A DNA stretch of 64,000 nt from Squalus acanthias (lineage: Eukaryota), in the NCBI GenBank assembly GCA_030390025.1, contig CM059427.1, positions 188,914,001 through 188,978,000 of the forward strand, written 5' to 3'. Shown here piece after piece: positions 62,901-64,000 of this stretch. The translations under genes and the position numbers were made by a program. The notes beneath the pieces were generated by a model. That model worked only from the letters and a program-made list of their open reading frames with translations. It was not told where the DNA came from and did no database searches. How positions within the stretch are numbered: the first letter of the stretch is position 1; every line of letters begins with the position of its first letter.

Positions 62901-63790
62901 GGTAAATAGTGAGGAGGGAAGCCTCAGGCTACAGGACGATACAGACGGGTTGGTTGGATGGGCAGAACAGTGGCAAATGGAATTTAACCCTGAAAAGTTT
63001 GAGTTGATGCATTTTGGGAGCACTAACAAGGCAAGGAATACACAATGAATGGTAGGACCCTAGGAAGGACAGAGGATCAGAGGGACCTTGGTGTGCATGT
63101 ACATAGATCCCTGAAGGCAGCAGGACAGGTAAATAAGGTGGTTAAAAAGGCATATGGGATACTTGCATTCATTAGCCTAGGCATAGAATATAAGAGCAGG
63201 GAGTTTATGATGGAGCTGTACAAAACGCTAGTTAGGCCACAGCTGAAATACTGTGTGCAGTTCTGGTCGCCACACTATTTGAAGGATGTGATTGCATTGG
63301 AGAGGGTGCAGAGGAGATTCACCAGGATGTTAGCTGGGATGGAGTGCTTCAGCTATGAAGAGAGACTGGACAGGCTGGAGTTAATTTCCTTAGAGCTGAG
63401 AAGGCTAAGGGGGGTCCTGATTGAGGTGTACAAAATTATGAGGGGCATAGATAGGGTAGATAGAAAGGAACTTTTCCCCTTATTAGAGGGGTCAATAACC
63501 AGGGGGCATAGTTTCAAGGTAAGGGGCAGGAGGTTTAGAGGGGATTTGAAGAAAAACTTTTTCACCCAGAGGGTTGTTGGAATCTAGAACTCACTGCCTG
63601 AAAGGGTGGTAGAGGCAGGAACCCTCACAACATTCAAGAAGCATTTCGATGAGCACTTGAAATGCCATAGCATACAAGGCTACGGACCAAGTGCTGGAAA
63701 ATGGGATTAGAATAGACAGGGCTTGATGGCCGGCGCAGACACGATGGGCTGAAGGCCCTCTTTCTGTGCTGTATAACTCTATGACTCTAT
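59976..63790 (+). mobile_element. Near full-length CR1 (ORF1 SGNH-esterase-like; frameshifted ORF2)
   Basis: GDSM..CCLPGA..HIGTND..DGLHLN at 59936-60778; EN/RT pieces 60900-63587. Confidence 0.93.
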
Positions 63791-64000
63791 GATTAAGTGT
63801 GAGATAATGCATTTGGGGAGGGCTAACAAGGCAAGGGAATACACATTAAATGGTAGGACACTGAGAAGTGCAAAGGGACAAAGGGACCTTGGAATAACTG
63901 TCCACAGTTCCCTGAATGTAGCAGGCCAAGTAGATAAGGTGGTTAAGAAGGCATTCAGAATACTTGTCTTTATTAGCCGATGCATAGAAAACAAGAGCAG
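62530..64000 (+). repeat. Segmental duplicate of window positions 1-3094 (without the LTR)
   Basis: Same frameshift, same rare substitutions and same CR1-CR1 junction. Confidence 0.92.

Noticed and set aside
8221-63587. Prokaryotic RT systems (retron, DGR, group II intron)
   Set aside because: The RTs carry the APE endonuclease, C-terminal motifs and microsatellite tails of vertebrate LINEs.
78-63994. Many short ORFs antisense to CR1 or inside MITEs (e.g. 78-575, 10359-10844, 15013-15486, 31406-31912, 62607-63029)
   Set aside because: They are shadow frames of repeats, recurring in every copy, with no independent coding signal.

Overview
This is eukaryotic, repeat-dense DNA, most likely from a shark or ray, judging by an HE1-type V-SINE with a CR1/HER1 tail and the many CR1 LINEs. 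Most of the window is nested transposon debris: CR1, L2, Crack-like and RTE LINE pieces, two ~1.65 kb solo LTRs, several PIF/Harbinger-type MITE families, and a palindromic Penelope-like insertion with hammerhead motifs. Scattered through it on the minus strand are seven coding exons (57192->23984). They splice with GT-AG junctions and matching phases into an intact 493-aa type I membrane protein: leader, V-like D1 with no cysteines, C2 D2, V D3, C2 D4 with a WxC motif, a TM segment with a central lysine, and a short tail with no signalling motif. The ectodomain plan is that of the CD4/LAG-3/G6F-like group, but the membrane anchor is that of an adaptor-coupled activating receptor, so it fits neither CD4 nor LAG-3. 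A duplicated candidate stop-containing exon between D4 and the TM exon could give a secreted form. The first ~3.1 kb of the window is a near-identical paralog of the last ~1.5 kb (same lesions, same TE junction, LTR present in one copy only). This suggests the window is one ~62.5 kb unit of a tandem receptor-gene array. Gene model and repeat calls were made by eye; no database searches were run.
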